DNA from: Bacilli bacterium
GTDB lineage: Bacteria > Bacillota_I > Bacilli_A > RF39 > UBA660
Direction of reading: 5' to 3'
Assembly: GCA_045541255.1 (NCBI GenBank)
Contig: JAZQIU010000045.1
Span: 2,497-66,496, forward strand
DNA: 64,000 nucleotides
Part shown: positions 18,452 through 28,319 of the stretch, piece by piece
Numbering within the stretch: position 1 is the first letter of the stretch
How the letters are laid out: each line of letters begins with the position of its first letter
Position numbers and translations under genes: made by a program
Notes under the pieces: model-generated
The model's input: the letters and a program-made list of their open reading frames with translations, nothing else
Databases searched by the model: none
What the model was told of the DNA's origin: nothing

Positions 18452-20113
18452 ATGGATAGTTTGATCAAGGAAATAAATGCTAATTTAAAAACTATAATTG
18501 ATACTACAAAAGAAAATTTGGATAATTCTATCTCGACTTTAGATAATATTCAAATACAAATGGATAAGAAAGTAGAGGAAGCTAAAAAGTATAAAATACA
18601 AGTAGATACTGCTAAAGATAAAATAAAAGAATTAGAAGCAGATAATAAATCTTTAGAACTTTCTTTGAATGAATTAAGTGAGAGATATGGAAAATTAAAT
18701 CTAGTATCAGTAGTTGAAGCAGGTAATCGTGAAATAAAACTTAAGATTAATGACAACTTAAAAGAGATTAATAAACAAAAAGAACATATTGCAGAACTAA
18801 CAAATAAAGCAAGAACAATAAAAGATTTATTGATAAATTTAAAAAAAGATAAAACTATAAAAGAAGAAAGATTAGAAAAATTAAAAGTTGTTTATAGTTA
18901 TTATAATGAAAGATTAAATGAAATAATTGATTATGCTTTTGATCACGCTGAAAATTTGATGGATTATAGAAGTAACATATCTTTTGTAGATTATGATGAA
19001 GAAGAATCAGAATCTACAGGAGAAGCAAAATCTATCGAATTAGAAAATACTATGGTATTTGATGAAATAGCTAATATTGATGAAAATAAAAATTTTAAAG
19101 ATGAAATGACATTTATAAGTAATCAAATAGATGAAGAAATTAATAATGAACATAATGATATAAATGAAATTATTAAAAAAAGTTTAGAAGAATTTGAAAA
19201 TAGAAATAAAGTAGAAATTACTGATGAAACATTACTTGAAGAAGAAAAAGAAGTTAAATTAGAAGAAGATACTCAAGTTTTTGATACAATTATAAATGAT
19301 AATTTTGAGGATATAATTGTGGATGAAAATCCTGTTGAAGAAGAAATAAAAGAAGATGCTGAAGAAAATAGTGAAGAAGAGATATCTTTGTTGAATACTG
19401 ATTTAGGAACTGATATATCTAATGCCAATGATGCAGATATTGTAAGTGTAGATGAAGATAAATTTTTAGATGAAGAAAATGAAAATAGAATAAATAAAAT
19501 AAATGATTTGTTTTCAAATTTTGAAAATACCAATTTAATACCAACTGGAGAAATTAGACCTATATCAAATATAGAAACTAAGATAGATAATGCTTATATG
19601 GATGTTTTTGGACAACCTTTAGATTCTGATGATTTGAATAAAAAAGATCCAACTTTAACTGATATATTTGGTAATCCAATAAAAAGAGAAGAATTAAGTG
19701 AAGATGTTAAGATTAGTAAAAAAATAGAAGATTTATTTGTAGAAAATGGCATTGATTTTAATAAATTTAAAGAAGATGAAAAGAATTATTTAAAAGAAAT
19801 ATATGATGAAGAAAAATTTATTAATGTTTTAGAAACATTAAAGAGAAATAAAATAAATTTAGATAATATATATAATGCTTTTAATATATTTGGAGAAATA
19901 AGTGCTAATGAATTAGAAAATTTAATTAATAAATTGCTTAATGTAGGACAAAGTGTAGAGGCTATAGGTGTGGTTTTGGAAAAGTTACCAAAAGTTAAAA
20001 AATATAATTTAGATGATGCTATTATGAGTTATGGTGATTATGTTAAAGATATTGATATAAGTGAACTTATAATTAAAGCTAAAGAATTATATAAAAATGG
20101 AGGTAATAATTAA
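18452..20113 (+). CDS. coiled-coil / acidic protein with helical-repeat C-terminus
   Basis: N-terminal heptad-like K/E-rich region, then a D/E-rich middle. The C-terminus has 'LLNVGQSVEAIGVVLEKLPKV'-type repeats. A TTTACA ... TGcTATAAT promoter lies upstream. Confidence 0.5.
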   Translation: MDSLIKEINANLKTIIDTTKENLDNSISTLDNIQIQMDKKVEEAKKYKIQVDTAKDKIKELEADNKSLELSLNELSERYGKLNLVSVVEAGNREIKLKINDNLKEINKQKEHIAELTNKARTIKDLLINLKKDKTIKEERLEKLKVVYSYYNERLNEIIDYAFDHAENLMDYRSNISFVDYDEEESESTGEAKSIELENTMVFDEIANIDENKNFKDEMTFISNQIDEEINNEHNDINEIIKKSLEEFENRNKVEITDETLLEEEKEVKLEEDTQVFDTIINDNFEDIIVDENPVEEEIKEDAEENSEEEISLLNTDLGTDISNANDADIVSVDEDKFLDEENENRINKINDLFSNFENTNLIPTGEIRPISNIETKIDNAYMDVFGQPLDSDDLNKKDPTLTDIFGNPIKREELSEDVKISKKIEDLFVENGIDFNKFKEDEKNYLKEIYDEEKFINVLETLKRNKINLDNIYNAFNIFGEISANELENLINKLLNVGQSVEAIGVVLEKLPKVKKYNLDDAIMSYGDYVKDIDISELIIKAKELYKNGGNN

Positions 20114-20400
20114 TGGAATATTTGTTTGATTTAGGCTTTTCTTTAGAAGAAGTTAATAATATTAAAAATAAATATAAAAATAATGAAATTGAAAAGTTAG
20201 AGTTTTTTCCAAGACTAGTTAAAGAAAATTATAATTATTTAAAATCTTATGGTATAAAAAATATTAAAGAATGTTTTATAAATCACATAAATATGTTTTT
20301 TATGAATCCAGATAAATTTAGAAGTATATTTAATAAATATGATAGAGCTGATTTAGTAAGATGTATTGAAAAAAATGATGCTGTATTAGAGAAATTGTAA
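20113..20400 (+). CDS. small helical-repeat protein (mTERF-like motif by eye)
   Basis: Start overlaps the upstream stop (ATGA-type coupling). Contains 'LFDLGFSLEEVNNIKNKY' and 'LKSYGIKNIKECF'. Confidence 0.4.
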   Translation: MEYLFDLGFSLEEVNNIKNKYKNNEIEKLEFFPRLVKENYNYLKSYGIKNIKECFINHINMFFMNPDKFRSIFNKYDRADLVRCIEKNDAVLEKL

Positions 20401-20500
20401 AGAAATGTATATTAATTATATTTCTTTTTTTCTTTTGAAAAAAATTGTAGAATATTGTGATATAATTATTATGAATAATTATGGTAGTGGAGGTGTTAAT

Positions 20501-22240
20501 ATGAAATTAATAAAGAATATAATTTTAATTTTTATATTAAATTTTATATTTATTTTAAATGTTAATGCTGAAACTGGTTATGTTACAGATAGTACTGGTG
20601 CTAATATGAGAGATAAACCTAGTACTAAAAATAGTAATGTTTTAATAGAAATTCCTTATAATGCTGAATTTTATATAAGTGATATAAATGCTGGGACTGG
20701 TAATGGGTGTAGTAAAACATGGTATTATGTGTATTATGGAAATAATTATGGTTATGTTTGTTCTAATTTAGTAAGAATTGTTGGAGAAACTGTTACTACT
20801 TATGGTAGACCTTGGACTAGTCCTAAAAAAGCGATAGTAGGTGGAGCTGAATATATTAGTAAAGGATATATTGCTAAGGGACAATATACTTCATATTTGA
20901 AGAAGTTTAATGTTAATCCTAATGGGTATTATCCTGTTTATAATCATCAATATATGGCTAATTTACGTGCGCCTATGAGTGAAGCAAGTACGACTTATAA
21001 TTCAATGAAAGATAATGGTTTATTAGATAATGCTTTAAATTTTGTTATACCAGAATTTACTAATATGCCTGAAACCACATATAATCAAAATATAAAAAAT
21101 ACTGAAAGACAAATTGCAGATATACAAGATGAGGCTTTTGAAATAAGTATTCAAGAATTTCATGATAGTTATAAACCTTATTTAAGATATTTACATACGA
21201 TTCATCCTAATTGGACGTTTACAGTTTTAAAAACTAATTTAGATTTTGAAGCAAGTTATTTAAGTGAAAAAGCAGTTAGTAGTATTGAAATAAGTTCTGG
21301 TTTTTGTGAACAAGACCCTTACTATGTAACTGAAAGTGGTTGGTGTATTGGGAATGAAGCATCTACTAAATTTTTCTTAGATCCTAGAAATTTCTTAAGT
21401 GAAAAATATATATTTATGTTTGAAAATTTGGGGTTTAGTGAATTGTATAATGAGTCTGTAGTTCAAAGTGTAATTAATAATACTTTTATGAGTGGTATAT
21501 CAGTTTTAGATAACCAATCATATGCTAGTATTTTTGTAGAAGCTGGTAGAAATGCAAATATATCTCCATTATATTTAGCAAGTTTAGCAAGACAAGAGAG
21601 CGGTACAAAAGAAAGTAGTACAACGAGTGGTGCCGAATTTACTTATGATGGTTATACATATAAAGGAGTATATAATTTCTTTAATATAGGTGCTAGTAGT
21701 AGTGCATCAAATCCTGCAAAGGCGGGGCTAGTATGGGCCAATGGTGGAAAAGGAGCAAATGGTGCAGTTAGCAACAATAATATAGGTAATGGTGGCAATA
21801 ATAATCCTACTAATGTAAGTAATGATTTTATATCAATGTTACAAGTGAGTAAAACAGGGGATTATTTAAAAGGATATAGTTTAGGAACAACAGTTAGTGA
21901 AATTAAATCTAAAGTTGGAACTATTGCTAATGTTGTTATAAAAGATTCTAATGGAAATATTAAAAGCGATTTAGATGCTATTGGTACTGGTTATATTATA
22001 GATATAAGTAATAGTGCTGGAAGTAATTCATATACTTATGTTATGTATGGGGATGTAAGTGGAGATGGAGAAATAAATTCAGCTGATTTACTTAAAATAA
22101 GGCAATATTTATTAGGTCAAATAAATTTAGATGGAGCTTTCAAAACTAGTGCTTATATAAGTGGAGATGGAGAAATAAATTCAGCTGATTTATTAAAGTT
22201 AAGACAACATTTATTAGGAACAAGTTTTATTAGTCAATAG
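20501..22240 (+). CDS. secreted SH3b + N-acetylglucosaminidase-like peptidoglycan hydrolase with C-terminal dockerin-like repeats
   Basis: ATG at 20501 after GGAGGTG and a signal peptide. SH3b-like 'GYVTDSTGANMRDKPS'. Glucosaminidase-like 'ISPLYLASLARQESG'. Duplicated 'SGDGEINSADLLK(I/L)RQ(Y/H)LLG'. Confidence 0.7.
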   Translation: MKLIKNIILIFILNFIFILNVNAETGYVTDSTGANMRDKPSTKNSNVLIEIPYNAEFYISDINAGTGNGCSKTWYYVYYGNNYGYVCSNLVRIVGETVTTYGRPWTSPKKAIVGGAEYISKGYIAKGQYTSYLKKFNVNPNGYYPVYNHQYMANLRAPMSEASTTYNSMKDNGLLDNALNFVIPEFTNMPETTYNQNIKNTERQIADIQDEAFEISIQEFHDSYKPYLRYLHTIHPNWTFTVLKTNLDFEASYLSEKAVSSIEISSGFCEQDPYYVTESGWCIGNEASTKFFLDPRNFLSEKYIFMFENLGFSELYNESVVQSVINNTFMSGISVLDNQSYASIFVEAGRNANISPLYLASLARQESGTKESSTTSGAEFTYDGYTYKGVYNFFNIGASSSASNPAKAGLVWANGGKGANGAVSNNNIGNGGNNNPTNVSNDFISMLQVSKTGDYLKGYSLGTTVSEIKSKVGTIANVVIKDSNGNIKSDLDAIGTGYIIDISNSAGSNSYTYVMYGDVSGDGEINSADLLKIRQYLLGQINLDGAFKTSAYISGDGEINSADLLKLRQHLLGTSFISQ

Positions 22241-22252
22241 AAAGGGTAGTTT

Positions 22253-23506
22253 ATGAAAAATTTGAAAATATTTTTAGTATCTATATTTGTATTTTTTGTA
22301 AGTTCTATTTGTGTTAGTGCAGCAGGAAGTGCAAGTATAAGTGTTAGTAAATCAACAATTGAAAATGGAAGTAAGGTTACTGCAAGTGTAACAGTAAAGA
22401 ATACTGCTGCTTGGAATGTAACTATTACAAGTAGTGGTTCAACAGGTGGTTGTACACAAAAATTTGTAGGAGATTCTGGTACTGGTAATAATACTACAAA
22501 AACTTTTTCTGTAACTTGTAAATCAACTAGTACAGGAATAATAAACTTCGTAATGAGTGGAGATATTACAAGTAGTGATGGTGTTAATACTAAAATAAGT
22601 GGAAGTAAAAGTGTTACAGTAGTAACACCTCGTGAAAAATCTACAAACAATGATTTAAAAAGTTTAAGTGTTGAGGGTTATGAAATAAGTCCTGCATTTG
22701 ATAAAGATGTTAATGAGTATTCAGTTAATGTACCATCTACTGTAGATAAAATTAATATAGTTGCAAAAAAGGCGGATAGTTATTCAAGTGTAGAAGGTAC
22801 GGGAGAAAAAACTGTTGAAGAAGGAGTTAACACATTTGAGATAGTTGTTACAAGCGAAACAGGAGTTAGTAATATATACAAATTAACAGTTAATGTAGAA
22901 GATCAAAATCCTATAGAAGTAGTTATTGATGGTAAAAAATATACTGTTGTTAAAGTTGCTAAAAATTTAGAAAAACCTGAGTTATTTGATGAAACAACAA
23001 TTAAAATTGATGAGTATGAAATACCGGCTTTTAAAAATGAAGTTAGCAATTATACTTTAGTGGGTTTAAAAGATGAAGCTGGTAATATTGGTTTATATAT
23101 ATATGATAAAGGTGAATATATTAAATATAATGCTTTTGTATCAGATAAGTTATCTATAATATTTTTAGAAATAGATAAGGTTCCTACTAATTATAAAAAA
23201 ACTACAGTAAGTATAAACGATCAAAAAGTAGTAGGTTACAGAGTTAGTGATGATAGTAGATTATTGGTATATGGTGTTAATTTAGCAACTGGTAAAAAGA
23301 ATTATTATACTTATGATAATAATGAAAAAACTTTGCAAATATTTGATTTAGATAATTATGAAAAAAATATTAAAGAAAGTAAAAATAATCAATATATGGT
23401 TTATGGTTTATCTATAGCTTGTGTATTTTCGTTTATATTGATGATATTGTTTATGATAAAATCTAGTAAATTAAAAAAATTAGTTAATTTAAAAGGTGAT
23501 AAATAA
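22253..23506 (+). CDS. surface protein: N-terminal Ig-like domain, cadherin-like beta-sandwich repeat, C-terminal TM anchor
   Basis: Signal peptide. 'NDLKSLSVEGYEISPAFDKDVNEYSVNVPSTVDKINIVAKKAD' is the cadherin-like beta-sandwich signature. C-terminal TM 'YGLSIACVFSFILMILFMI'. Confidence 0.65.
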   Translation: MKNLKIFLVSIFVFFVSSICVSAAGSASISVSKSTIENGSKVTASVTVKNTAAWNVTITSSGSTGGCTQKFVGDSGTGNNTTKTFSVTCKSTSTGIINFVMSGDITSSDGVNTKISGSKSVTVVTPREKSTNNDLKSLSVEGYEISPAFDKDVNEYSVNVPSTVDKINIVAKKADSYSSVEGTGEKTVEEGVNTFEIVVTSETGVSNIYKLTVNVEDQNPIEVVIDGKKYTVVKVAKNLEKPELFDETTIKIDEYEIPAFKNEVSNYTLVGLKDEAGNIGLYIYDKGEYIKYNAFVSDKLSIIFLEIDKVPTNYKKTTVSINDQKVVGYRVSDDSRLLVYGVNLATGKKNYYTYDNNEKTLQIFDLDNYEKNIKESKNNQYMVYGLSIACVFSFILMILFMIKSSKLKKLVNLKGDK

Positions 23507-23573
23507 TCATCTTTTTTAGTTATTTATTGACGAACAAAAGTACATATTATATAATTTTTATAAGGTGAATTTC

Positions 23574-24341
23574 ATGAAGATAGATAAATTTAAAAAAGAT
23601 AAAGGTAATACTTATAAAGTGTATTTTATAAATGATGAAACTATTTCTTTATATGATGATGTTATAGTTAAATACAATTTATTGGTAAATAAAGAAATAG
23701 ATAAGAAAAAATTTGATGAAATTGTTAAATATAATGATTTTTTAGATGGTTATTATAAATCTATAAAATATATAAATAAAAAATTAAGAACTGAGTTAGA
23801 AATAGAAAAATATTTAAAAAAACTGGATATAAAAAGTACTAACATTAAAAAAATTATTGATTTACTTTATAAGGATGGTTATTTAAATAAAGAAAATTAT
23901 CTTAAGGCTTATATCAGTGATCAATATAATTTAACAATGAATGGACCTTTAAGAGTAAAAAAGGATTTAATTAATTTAGGTTATGAATATAAAGAGTTTG
24001 AAGAATATTTATATAAATTTGAATGGAATATAAGAATAGAAAAAATTATAGATAAAAAAGTTAAATTAAATCATAAATTAAGTAATAATGCTTTAAAAAC
24101 TAAAATATTAAATGATATAATAAAAATGGGTTATCAAAAAGAGGATATTGTTTATTATTTAGAAAAACTTGAGTTTGGTAATGATGAAGAGTATTTAAAA
24201 AAAGAATTATATAAAATAAAAAACAAATATTCTAAGAAGTATGAAGGTAATGAGTTAGAATATAAAGTCATTAATTATTTATATAAAAAGGGTTTTAATT
24301 TAGAAGATATTAAGAGGTGTTATGATGAAGACTTTTTATGA
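23574..24341 (+). CDS. recX: RecX-family regulator
   Basis: Repeated three-helix motifs 'IEKYLKKLDI...IIDLLYKDGYLNKENYLKAYISDQ' and 'GPLRVKKDLINLGY'. A TTGACG-17-TATAAT promoter lies upstream. Confidence 0.65.
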   Translation: MKIDKFKKDKGNTYKVYFINDETISLYDDVIVKYNLLVNKEIDKKKFDEIVKYNDFLDGYYKSIKYINKKLRTELEIEKYLKKLDIKSTNIKKIIDLLYKDGYLNKENYLKAYISDQYNLTMNGPLRVKKDLINLGYEYKEFEEYLYKFEWNIRIEKIIDKKVKLNHKLSNNALKTKILNDIIKMGYQKEDIVYYLEKLEFGNDEEYLKKELYKIKNKYSKKYEGNELEYKVINYLYKKGFNLEDIKRCYDEDFL

Positions 24342-24651
24342 AAGAATGAGTAAGAACGAAAAACGTGAACTTTATAAAGAATATAAAATTGAGAAAGCAA
24401 CTTTTTCGAAAAAAATGGAAAAAATGTTTTTATTATGTTATTTAGGTATGGGATATGCGTTAATGGTATTTATTTATGATTTTTTTTATAAGAAGAGTAC
24501 TGTTAGTTATATATTAGATATAATCGTTTTTGTATTTTGTTTATTAGCATTATTTAAGTTAATATCTACTAAAAAGGACTTGTTAAATAATTTTGCTTTG
24601 AAGAAAGATAAGGAAAAGAAACAAAATATTGTTAAGAAATATAAAAAATAA
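24322..24651 (+). CDS. small two-TM membrane protein
   Basis: Overlaps the recX end. Hydrophobic segments 'MFLLCYLGMGYALMVFIYDFF' and 'ILDIIVFVFCLLALFKLI'. Confidence 0.45.
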   Translation: MMKTFYERMSKNEKRELYKEYKIEKATFSKKMEKMFLLCYLGMGYALMVFIYDFFYKKSTVSYILDIIVFVFCLLALFKLISTKKDLLNNFALKKDKEKKQNIVKKYKK

Positions 24652-24663
24652 AAAGAACTAATT

Positions 24664-24963
24664 TTAATTATTAGTTCTTTTATCTTGTAATAGTTTTCTT
24701 TTTTGATTTTTAACTTTTTGTTTGTAGTTATTGTATAAAATAATCATTTCTACTTTTTTTGTTAAGAATCTTTTATTATCAATATCAAATACTTTATCTA
24801 TCTTTTTTTCGATGTCACTATTTAGTACAAGGAATACGTATTTGTTATCACAATATATTTGATGGCTATTACCTCTAGTTAATTCTATCTTTTTCCCATT
24901 TTCATATACTACATAACAAATATTTTTTCCATTTTCATTTGTAAATGTTAATTCGCATTTCAT
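24664..24963 (-). CDS. hypothetical protein
   Basis: ATG at 24963 is preceded by GGGGGA on the - strand. A bidirectional hairpin lies at 24653-24682. Confidence 0.45.
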   Translation of the reverse strand: MKCELTFTNENGKNICYVVYENGKKIELTRGNSHQIYCDNKYVFLVLNSDIEKKIDKVFDIDNKRFLTKKVEMIILYNNYKQKVKNQKRKLLQDKRTNN

Positions 24964-24986
24964 GATTATATCCCCCAAAAACTATT

Positions 24987-25988
24987 TTAGTTAGTAGCTG
25001 TAGTTGATGTATTGTAATAATTATATAAAGAATTTATATATTTATTATAATTGCTTTTTAGTTCACTATCTTCAATTTTCATACCTTTATCTTTTCTTAA
25101 TTCAGTTAAGGCAGTAATTGAAATAGTTCCATTAGTCTTAATTAGTTCATCAGCTAAAGTTTTGATAATTTCTTCTTTAACATTTTCTAAAGTATCTTTA
25201 TCATGTTCTTTTGTTTTTTTGATGATATGATATCCATATGATGTTTTTACTGGTTCTTTAGTATATTCATTAACTTTTAGTTTATACGCTGCAGTTTCAA
25301 AACTACTTTCCATATCTCCTTTATTAAATTTACCTAAAGCTCCACCTTCATTTTTGTTTGAATCATCTTTTGAATATGTTTTTGCTAATTTGGCAAAATC
25401 TTCACCATTATTTAATTTTTCGATAATTTGTTCAGCTTCTTTTTTTGCTTTTGCTTCAGCTTTTTCTTTTTCATCTTCAGTAGCATCATCTTTAACATCA
25501 ACAGTAATTAATATATGACTTGCTTCAATATCTCCAACTATATCACTTTCATAATAACTTTCAATTTGTTTATCAGTTATTTGTGATTTTGCATAGTCAG
25601 TAGTAGCTAAATCTCTAAAGTAATTTAATTCAATGTATTCTTTAAATTCTTTTATTGTTTGATATCCGTAATAGCTATTGATTGCGTTAAGAAGTTCTTC
25701 TTCGCTTTCATAGCTTTCTTTTAAAGCATCAATTTGTTCATCAGCATAATCCTCAGCATCTTTTATTTTATCTTTATATTCTTTGAAAAGTATTTCTTTA
25801 TCTATCATATCTATTAAGATACTAACTGCATATCTATCTTTTATATTATCATAAAGATTATCAACACTAATACTTTCCATTCCTTCAAAACTTACAACTG
25901 CATCTTTACCATCACTAAGCTTAGATACTTTTCCACAACCACACATACAAAGTGCAATTAAGCTAATTAATAAAATTTTCTTTTTCAT
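24987..25988 (-). CDS. prsA: PrsA-like peptidyl-prolyl isomerase (parvulin) lipoprotein
   Basis: ATG at 25988 after GGAGGA. Signal 'LLISLIALCMCGCG'. Parvulin 'ASHILI...GGALGKFNKGDMESSFETAAYKL...SYGYHII'. Confidence 0.8.
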   Translation of the reverse strand: MKKKILLISLIALCMCGCGKVSKLSDGKDAVVSFEGMESISVDNLYDNIKDRYAVSILIDMIDKEILFKEYKDKIKDAEDYADEQIDALKESYESEEELLNAINSYYGYQTIKEFKEYIELNYFRDLATTDYAKSQITDKQIESYYESDIVGDIEASHILITVDVKDDATEDEKEKAEAKAKKEAEQIIEKLNNGEDFAKLAKTYSKDDSNKNEGGALGKFNKGDMESSFETAAYKLKVNEYTKEPVKTSYGYHIIKKTKEHDKDTLENVKEEIIKTLADELIKTNGTISITALTELRKDKGMKIEDSELKSNYNKYINSLYNYYNTSTTATN

Positions 25989-26108
25989 ATATCCTCCTTT
26001 AATTAACAATTAATATTATATCTTGATAATTTTAAAATTACAATAAAATACTCACAAAAAAGTTAATTTAACCATAAAATAAAGTGAGTAATGAAAAGGA
26101 GGGGTTTT

Positions 26109-26210
26109 ATGAGCCACGGAACTTGCGGTCAAAATGGTGGTATAAGTGCTGCTGCATTTATATTAGTACTATTCATTTTATTAATTATCATTGTAGGGGC
26201 TTTTATTTAA
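26109..26210 (+). CDS. tiny TM protein, YjcZ-like family
   Basis: GGAGGGG RBS then MSHGTCGQNGGISAAAFILVLFILLIIIVGAFI. The Gly-rich head plus 'FILVLFILLII' tail matches the YjcZ tiny-TM pattern. Confidence 0.6.
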   Translation: MSHGTCGQNGGISAAAFILVLFILLIIIVGAFI

Positions 26211-26222
26211 GGAGGGAATGCT

Positions 26223-26345
26223 ATGAATAAACCATCTTGTAATAATAATAGTACTTGCAATAATAATAGATTTGGAGACTTATTTATTATTTTAGTTTTA
26301 TTTATTTTGTTAGCTATTATTGTTAGTGCTGTGTTTACTTATTAA
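26223..26345 (+). CDS. tiny TM protein, YjcZ-like family (tandem paralogue)
   Basis: GGAGGG RBS then MNKPSCNNNSTCNNNRFGDLFIILVLFILLAIIVSAVFTY. Confidence 0.55.
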   Translation: MNKPSCNNNSTCNNNRFGDLFIILVLFILLAIIVSAVFTY

Positions 26346-26409
26346 AGAGGGAAACCTCTTTTTTTTTATAGTTCATTATGTTAAAATTAATATGATAGAG
26401 GGTGCTAAT

Positions 26410-28164
26410 ATGTTTGGACAATTATTAGATGTTTATGATAATTATGCAATAATAGAAAATAAAACTGGACAAATTGAAACTAATTATTTAAATTTGCATG
26501 TTATATTTCATGATAATAACAGAAAAGTAGTAGGAGAGATAGTTTCTATTGATAAGAGTACTATTAAAATATTGTTAATTGGAGAAATAGTTAATGATAT
26601 TTTTATAAATGGTATTGTTAGAAAACCAAATTTAAGTGGTGGTTGTAGAATAATATATAAGAGTGAAGTAGAGTTATTATTGGGTAACCAAGAAATAGAT
26701 TCTGTTGATTCATTTTATATAGGAAAATCATTAGTATATGATGGTTTTAATATTACTAGTAAGTTTAATGATTTTTTTTCAAATCATTTTGCAATAATAG
26801 GGAATACTGGTAGTGGTAAGAGTTGTGGAGTTGCTAGAATATTGCAAAATATATTTTATAAAAGTAATTCAAATATGCCAAAAAATGCACATATAGTTTT
26901 GTTTGATGTTTATGGTGAATATAATAAGGCTTTTAATGAATTAAATAGTATAAATGGTATGGGATTTAGAAATTATTCTTCTAAAGTAGATTTAAGTGAA
27001 GGGGAATTAATTAATATTCCAGCATATTTCTTAGGAGTAGATGATTTAGCTTTACTTTTAAATGTTACTAGTCCTAATCAATTACCTATTTTAGAAAAAA
27101 CATTAAAATTAGTTTATATTTTTAAAAATGTTGATGAAAATATTAGTAAATATAAAAATGATATTATTGCAAACTGTTTATTAGATATTTTAACTAGTGG
27201 TAGAACTAGTACACAAATAAGAGATCAAATTATTGCTGTATTAACAAGATATAATACTGATACATTAAATTTAGATACAGAAATAGCACAACCTGGTTAT
27301 ACTAGAACTATTAGACAATGTTTAAATATAGATAATACAGGGAAAATGAATTCTGTTCAATATGTTGTAGATTTATTAGAAAAATATACTAAGTTAGATT
27401 TGGGTAATATTAATGGTATACCTAATTTCATTTATACTTTAGATGATATATATTATGCGTTAGATTTTGCTCTTATAAGCGAAGGGGTTTTAAAGAGCGA
27501 TAAAATGTATGATGAATATAATCAATTAAAAGTACGTTTACAACAAATTATTAATAGTGATTATAAACATTTCTTTAATGTAAGTGAATTTATTTCTAAG
27601 GGAGAATATGTTAGAAATTTGTTTAATAGTAATAAGAGTTATCAGATAATTAATTTTAATTTAAATTGTATAGATGAACGTTTTGCTAAAAAGTTAACTA
27701 AAATATATTCTAAATTATTCTTTGATTTTTCTACTTTTATAGAGGATAGAGGAAGTTTTCCAATACATATAATTTTAGAAGAAGCACATAGATATGTACA
27801 ACATGATACTGATATAGATGTATTAGGGTATAATATTTTTGATAGAATTACTAAAGAGGGTAGAAAGTATGGTGTTCTACTTGGGATGATTACTCAAAGA
27901 CCTAGTGAATTGTCTATCACTGCTTTAAGTCAATGTTCAAACTTTATAGTTTTAAGAATGTTTTATCCAGATGATTTAAATATAATTAAATCTATTACTA
28001 GTAATTTGACTGATAGTACTTATGAGAAGATAAAATCATTTTTACCTGGAAATGCTTTAGTATTTGGTACATCATTCAAATTACCTTTAATGGTAAAATT
28101 AGATTTACCTAATCCAATGCCTGAAAGCACTAGTGTAAATATTAGTGATAGTTGGTATAAGTAA
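26410..28164 (+). CDS. HerA/FtsK-superfamily (DUF87-type) ATPase
   Basis: ATG at 26410 after GAGGG. Walker A 'IIGNTGSGKS', Walker B 'IHIILEEAHRYV', and the HerA-like tail 'EGRKYGVLLGMITQRPSELSITALSQCSNFIVLRM'. Confidence 0.75.
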   Translation: MFGQLLDVYDNYAIIENKTGQIETNYLNLHVIFHDNNRKVVGEIVSIDKSTIKILLIGEIVNDIFINGIVRKPNLSGGCRIIYKSEVELLLGNQEIDSVDSFYIGKSLVYDGFNITSKFNDFFSNHFAIIGNTGSGKSCGVARILQNIFYKSNSNMPKNAHIVLFDVYGEYNKAFNELNSINGMGFRNYSSKVDLSEGELINIPAYFLGVDDLALLLNVTSPNQLPILEKTLKLVYIFKNVDENISKYKNDIIANCLLDILTSGRTSTQIRDQIIAVLTRYNTDTLNLDTEIAQPGYTRTIRQCLNIDNTGKMNSVQYVVDLLEKYTKLDLGNINGIPNFIYTLDDIYYALDFALISEGVLKSDKMYDEYNQLKVRLQQIINSDYKHFFNVSEFISKGEYVRNLFNSNKSYQIINFNLNCIDERFAKKLTKIYSKLFFDFSTFIEDRGSFPIHIILEEAHRYVQHDTDIDVLGYNIFDRITKEGRKYGVLLGMITQRPSELSITALSQCSNFIVLRMFYPDDLNIIKSITSNLTDSTYEKIKSFLPGNALVFGTSFKLPLMVKLDLPNPMPESTSVNISDSWYK

Positions 28165-28244
28165 TATTTGTTAAATTTTATAATTTATAATACAATGTAT
28201 TTAGCAAGAGAGCTTGCATAAAATAAAAAGGATATACTTAACAT

Positions 28245-28319
28245 TTGCGGTGTTAGGTACACTCCTAATATTTGGTTGTGCACACTAACTTAAACCAAAA
28301 CCCGTTAGTGTGCTTTTTT
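28245..28319 (+). ncRNA. candidate antisense RNA to the 3' UTR of the 28320..28397 ORF
   Basis: TATACT hexamer (28233-28238), then hairpin GCACACTAAC/GTTAGTGTGC (28280-28313) followed by T6. This is an intrinsic terminator ending at the ORF stop codon. Confidence 0.4.

Noticed and set aside
22234-22650. 138-aa ORF on the - strand
   Set aside because: It is antisense to the signal-peptide and Ig-like region of 22253..23506. The Leu/Val/Thr-rich translation is typical of a shadow frame.
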